A DNA stretch of 11,447 bases, from positions 1 to 11,447 of the forward strand of contig NW_021826976.1 of assembly GCF_006345805.1 (NCBI RefSeq), in the 5' to 3' direction. The position numbers and the translations under genes were made by a program. Origin of the DNA: Octopus sinensis (taxonomy: Eukaryota). Position 1 is the first letter of the stretch. Each line of letters starts with the position of its first letter. The notes beneath the pieces are model-generated. The model saw nothing but the letters and a program-made list of their open reading frames with translations, ran no database searches and was not told the DNA's origin. This document shows, in pieces, positions 7,686 to 11,447 of this stretch.

Positions 7686-7820
7686 GCAATGTCACGATGT
7701 ACTAGTTAATTCGTCCACGAAGATCGCTCGTCAAGCGAAAACTTGTAAACAGTATAGAACTTGTAAAAACTCGTAAACACATGGTCTCGGAAAACGGGTC
7801 CTTGTAAAGTGACGTTTTAC

Positions 7821-7862
7821 TGTATATATATATATATATATATATATTTAGAGAGAGAGAGA
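7821..7862. repeat. (TA)n-(GA)n microsatellite
   Basis: Visible directly. Confidence 0.9.
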
Positions 7863-8080
7863 ACAAATAGTGAGGGATTATCAATTCGGGCACATTACTT
7901 CATAAGCTCTTTGTTGGCAATGCCTCAGACGAGGGGTATCATTAATTTTCTGTGGTGTTTCAATTTACATCAATTGATCAACAAATCAGTTATAATGACT
8001 ACTGCAGACAGCTATAAGTCAAATTTGCTATAATAAAAGTATTGTTGTGCGTAATGACCATTATCATAAACTGTCTATTG

Positions 8081-8084
8081 TATG

Positions 8085-8132
<48 letters not shown>
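8081..8132. repeat. (TATG)/(TA)n microsatellite
   Basis: Visible directly. Confidence 0.95.
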
Positions 8133-8134
<2 letters not shown>

Positions 8135-8459
8135 CAAATGTGAGGATAAGCAAATTAGCCGCGTCGATATTATAATATTATAGAGTATATTAGAGATCCC
8201 AAATACAATATATGAATAACCTTCTCCTTATTAAACTATTCTATCTCATAATTTCCATTTGGTGTATTCAATATACTTTATGCACCGGTGTGTCTAATTT
8301 TCTGATCCCCACAATTGCTTGTATACCTGCTCGACCTGATCCCTCTTATGGCTTTGTGTAAAGGCATCGGTGTCTAAGTTTGATTGTTTTAAGCACTACT
8401 AAATGTACGCTATAAAATAGAATCTGTACGGAGAACATCTGGATCTTATTCGTGACCTA

Positions 8460-8603
8460 TATCTCTCTGTTTATTTACTCCCGTTCCTTTCTGTTTAAGA
8501 GCGTAGGCTCAAAACGTCAAAGACTTTCTCACCTTCCCGAGCATTAAATACACCTGTTTCATGTTTACACACTTGTCTTCGTCTTATGTTTTCTTTTGTA
8601 AAT
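8460..8603 (+). mobile_element. Probable Penelope-like element terminal (pLTR-type) fragment
   Basis: Contains a degenerate minimal hammerhead layout (8487-8522) of the kind found in Penelope-like elements, followed by a pyrimidine-rich tail. No ORF evidence; boundaries are uncertain. Confidence 0.45.
8487..8522 (+). ncRNA. Degenerate minimal type I hammerhead ribozyme relic
   Basis: cttt (stem I) - ctgttta (versus CUGANGA) - a - gagc/gtag/gctc (stem II) - aaaa (versus GAAA) - palindromic acgt (stem III) - C - aaag (stem I). Three core substitutions: A6, G8, G12. Confidence 0.5.
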
Positions 8604-8968
8604 AACCACATGGTTCCAGGTTCATTCCCACTGCGTGGCACCATGAGCAAGTGTCTTCTACTATAGCCTCGGGCCGACCAAAGCCTTGCGAGTGGATTTG
8701 GTAGACGGAAACTGGAAGAAGCCTGTCGTATATATGTATATATACGTATGTGAGTATATGTTTGTGTGTCTGTAATTGTCCCACCACCATTGCTTGACAA
8801 CCGATGGTGGTGTGTTTACGTCCCCGTAACTTAGCGGTTCAGCAAAAGAGACTGATAGAATAAGTACTAGGCTTACAAAGAATAAGTCCTGGGGTCGATT
8901 TACTCGACTAAAGGCGTTGCTCCAGCATGGCCGCAGTCAAATGACTAAAACAAGTTAAAGAGTAAAAG
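8604..8968 (+). mobile_element. Family C (tRNA/CORE-like) SINE, first 35 nt or so missing
   Basis: Colinear with 10323-10735 from aaccacatggttcc onward: B-box-like ggttcattccc, CORE-like gcaccatgagcaagtgtcttc, internal (TA/TG) microsatellite, tail ending aaagagtaaaaga. Confidence 0.92.
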
Positions 8969-9021
8969 ATATATATATATATATATACATATATACATAC
9001 ATATATATATTTATATAGACA

Positions 9022-9228
9022 TTTTATTACTTGTTTCAGTCAGCTGACTGTGACCATGCTGGAGCACCGCCTTGAAATTTTAGTCGAGTATATATATCCC
9101 AGTACTTATATTTTTTAAAGCCTGGTACTTACTTCATCGGTTTCAATTGCTAGGGAACACAAACACACCAACACCGATTGTCAAGCATTAGTGGAGGTGG
9201 TGGACAAACAGACACAAAGATACGCACA
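9022..9228 (-). mobile_element. 3' half of a family C SINE
   Basis: Minus strand tgtgcgtatctttgtgtctgtttgtcc..tgcttgacaatcggtgttggtgtgttt..aagtaccagg..ctcgactaaaatttcaaggcggtgctccagcatggtcacagtcagctgactgaaacaagtaataaaa. Confidence 0.88.
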
Positions 9229-9250
<22 letters not shown>

Positions 9251-9259
<9 letters not shown>

Positions 9260-9762
9260 AGTGTACATTTAAACACAAATGGGGTGACCCTAACAGGACA
9301 CCTTACATGCTAGAAGGAACAGTCAATGTCCAAACCACGGTTAAGAGCAATTTCGAAGGGAATGAAAAAAATTTACCTCCCGGACCTAGGTTTCGAAATT
9401 TCGAACTTTAATTAAAATAAAACAATTCGTTAGGCGAAGTTCTCATCAGCGGGAGAGGCAAAAATTTACATATAATTATGAGACAAAATAGCACATGTCT
9501 TATCTTTATATTATAATTTTTCAAATCCACCGCAAAAGTGCAGTTTTAGTCGGCAGCAAATAAAAATGTCGGCTTACTTTAAAATTACTAAATTGCTCTT
9601 AACCGTGGTTTGGACTTTGACTGTTCCTTCTAGCATGTAAGGTGTCCTATTAGTTTCACCTCTTTTGTGTGTAAATGTACACCAATTTTATATGACAAAA
9701 ATGTTGTCTATCGACTATATTATGCATGCTAGTCACTGGTAGAAAAAATTCTCTAACTTTTC

Positions 9763-9767
<5 letters not shown>
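9251..9767. mobile_element. Long-inverted-repeat (MITE/foldback-like) element, copy 1, carrying a hammerhead
   Basis: Arms 9251-9353 and 9590-9692 are reverse complements at 94/103 positions, around a 236-bp spacer. The right arm extends to ..ctacct|TA at 9767, as shown by homology with 11073-11154. The outer part of the left arm is missing. Confidence 0.88.
9377..9455 (-). ncRNA. Type I hammerhead ribozyme, catalytic core intact
   Basis: Minus strand CUCCCG (stem I, 9455-9450) - CUGAUGA (9449-9443) - GAACUU (9442-9437) - 28-nt loop - AAGUUC (9408-9403) - GAAA - uuuc - GAAA - CCUAG-GUC (palindrome ACCUAGGU; predicted cleavage between 9383 and 9382) - CGGGAG (stem I, 9382-9377). Stems I and II are perfect 6-bp helices abutting the conserved core. 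Confidence 0.85.
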
Positions 9768-9793
<26 letters not shown>

Positions 9794-10289
9794 CTAGCAG
9801 TATCGCCCGGCGTTGCTCGGGTTTGTAAGGGAAATAACTATATAAGCATTTTTAGAGAGTTACTTCCCTTATAGATGCCAATTCGGGCTTTCTTAGACAT
9901 TTCTGTTTTGGTGTCTTCAAGCCATGAAGTCGTTGTTCTAAAAGAACGCTGGTCTCCTTGACAACGCTTTACGACGTTGATTCCTTACAATCCCTTCCCC
10001 ACAGCTTCACGAGGGAGGAAGAAGGGGGAGAAGCAAACAGGTGCAGGTGTGACCATGGACGCCAACTCCGCCGCCATCGACACGAAAAATTATGCATTAA
10101 AATGGAATAAAAAATGATGTTAAATTATTTTTAAAATCGTAGACTCATCGTAGACGCGCGCTAATACGCAGACGGGCTCGATATGAATCACGACTTAAGG
10201 TACCCCCGAATTTGGTTAAACCTGCACCGCAAAATGTGGGAGTAGTTGAAATCTAAATCGAAGGGGACAGACACTCACAACAACTACAG

Positions 10290-10300
<11 letters not shown>
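9794..10300 (-). mobile_element. Non-autonomous Helitron (about 500 bp)
   Basis: Minus-strand 3' end: GC hairpin cccga-gcaacg-ccggg (9821-9806), 8 nt, then CTAG|T (9797-9794). The 5' end (tatataactgtagttgttgtgagtgtctgtc) merges into (TA)n, so the 5' TC is not visible. Confidence 0.75.
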
Positions 10301-10322
<22 letters not shown>

Positions 10323-10324
<2 letters not shown>

Positions 10325-10735
10325 CGCAGGAGTGGCTGTGTGGTAAGTAGCTTGCTTACCAACCACATGGTTCCGGGTTCAGTCCCACTGCGTGACAACT
10401 TGGGAAAGTGTCTTCTACTATAGCCTCGGGCCGACCAAAGCCTTGTGAGTGGATTTGGTAGATGGAAACTGAAAGAAGCCCGTCGTATGTATATATATGT
10501 ATATATATATATATGTGCGTGTATGTCTGTGTGTCTTGTGTTTGTCCCCCTAGCATTGCTTGACAACCGATGGTGGTGTGTTTATGTCCCCGTCACTTAG
10601 CGGTTCGGCAAAGAGACCGATAGAATAATACTCTGGGCTTACAAGAATAAGTCCCGGGGTCAGTTGCTCGACTAAAGGCGGTGCTCCAGCATGGCCGCAG
10701 TCAAGTGACTGAAACAAGTAAAAGAGTAAAAGAGT
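10323..10735 (+). mobile_element. Full-length family C tRNA-derived CORE-like SINE
   Basis: ggcgcaggag-TGGCTGTGTGG (A box)..GGTTCAGTCCC (B box), CORE-like block, internal microsatellite at about 10486-10535, 3' stem-loop cagtc-aagt-gactg and an (AAAAGAGT)2 tail. Confidence 0.93.
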
Positions 10736-10752
10736 ATAAATTCTTAATTTGA

Positions 10753-11154
10753 TTTTAGTAATTTTGAAGTATGCCGGCATTTTTATTTGCTGCCGAATAA
10801 AACTGCGATTGCGCGATGGATTTGAAAAGTTATAATATATACAGAAGAGAACTTCGCATAACGATTTCTTCCTTTTTTTTTTTTCTTTTTTTTGTTTTGT
10901 TAATTAAAGTTCGAATTCTAGGTCCGGGAGGTAAACATTGTAAATTTTTTTTATTTTTCAGCCCCTTTCGAAATTGCTCTTAACCGTTTTTTGGACTTGA
11001 CTGTTAATTCTAGCACGTAAGGCGTCCTGTTATGGTCACCTCTTTTGTGCATAAAGGGACACTAATTTTATATGAAAAATATAAAATATATAGTCTATTG
11101 ACTATTTCATATATGCTAGCCACTGGTAGAAAATTTTCTATAATTCTCCTACCC
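10753..11154. mobile_element. Inverted-repeat element, copy 2, opposite orientation, one arm only
   Basis: 10756-10840 is the reverse complement of about 9505-9590; 10842-10970 of about 9354-9449; 10971-11154 is a full-length arm ending ..ctaccc|TA. About 55 bp of the spacer is deleted relative to copy 1. Confidence 0.88.
10842..10930 (+). ncRNA. Degenerate orthologue of the 9377-9455 hammerhead
   Basis: cagaaga (U4 to A) - gaactt..aagttc (stem II intact) - gaat (A15.1 to U) - tctagg-tc - cgggag. The 5' strand of stem I is deleted. Confidence 0.7.
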
Positions 11155-11225
11155 TATATATAATATATATAGTATATATATATATATATATATAGATAAT
11201 ATATATATATATATATATATATATC
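11155..11225. repeat. (TA)n microsatellite
   Basis: Visible directly. Confidence 0.95.
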
Positions 11226-11375
11226 ATATGACGAGTTTTCTTTCTTTCAGTTTCCGTGTACCAAATCCAGTCACAAAGCTTTGGTCGTCCCTGGTCTATT
11301 CCATGCAGTGGGACTGAAACCGAAGCAATATAGTTGACAAGCAAGCTTGTTACCCCACACAGCCACACCTGCGCC
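11226..11375 (-). mobile_element. 5' half of a family C SINE (internal deletion in the CORE-like block)
   Basis: Minus strand ggcgcaggtgtggctgtgtgg..aagcttgcttg..ggtttcagtcccactgcatgg..gaccaaagctttgtgactggatttggtacacggaaactgaaaga..cgtcatatg, stopping at the internal microsatellite. Confidence 0.88.
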
Positions 11376-11447
11376 TATATATATATATATATAGAGAGAG
11401 AGGGAGATCTATATATATATCTATATATATATATATATTATAATAGA
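11376..11447. repeat. (TA)n/(GA)n microsatellite
   Basis: Visible directly. Confidence 0.9.

Noticed and set aside
7242-7705. Six overlapping CV/HT/YI-rich ORFs (also 2292..2510, 2791..3009, 11138..11368)
   Set aside because: Dinucleotide microsatellite translations.
9391-9405. Heat-shock element or STAT site in ttcgaaatttcgaa
   Set aside because: Only one correctly spaced GAAnnTTC; better explained as the duplicated GAAA of the hammerhead.
8495-10566. Similar ORFs 8495..8800, 8584..8790, 10216..10566 and 10356..10556 (LPNPLxRLWSARGYSRRH motif), and 10550..10780
   Set aside because: They are antisense translations of family C SINE copies; the shared peptide reflects repeat homology, not a gene family.

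Overview
AT-rich, eukaryotic, almost entirely repeat-derived DNA with no recognisable protein-coding gene. All 16 supplied ORFs are microsatellite or SINE read-throughs or unrecognisable short frames. The repeat families resemble those I recall from Octopus (coleoid cephalopod) genomes; this is an inference and was not searched. The window is a nested mosaic of tRNA-derived SINEs (working names: A, about 9 units, all on +; C, CORE-like, 4 pieces; D/E, a chimera; one further CORE-type copy), two copies of a 560-600 bp (AAT)n-tailed element (B), two non-autonomous Helitrons, a Penelope-like fragment and many microsatellites. Three things stand out. (1) A long-inverted-repeat, MITE-like element (9251-9767, with a second inverted partial copy at 10753-11154) carries in its spacer a type I hammerhead ribozyme with an intact catalytic core and a palindromic stem III (minus strand, 9377-9455). 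(2) A full-length 119-nt 5S rRNA copy is fused directly to the family C SINE 3' tail (6609-6790), i.e. a SINE3-like chimera. (3) One SINE appears split by about 1.9 kb of nested insertions inside its internal (TA)n tract. Family names are my own labels, boundaries are approximate to within about 5-10 nt, and identities were counted by hand.
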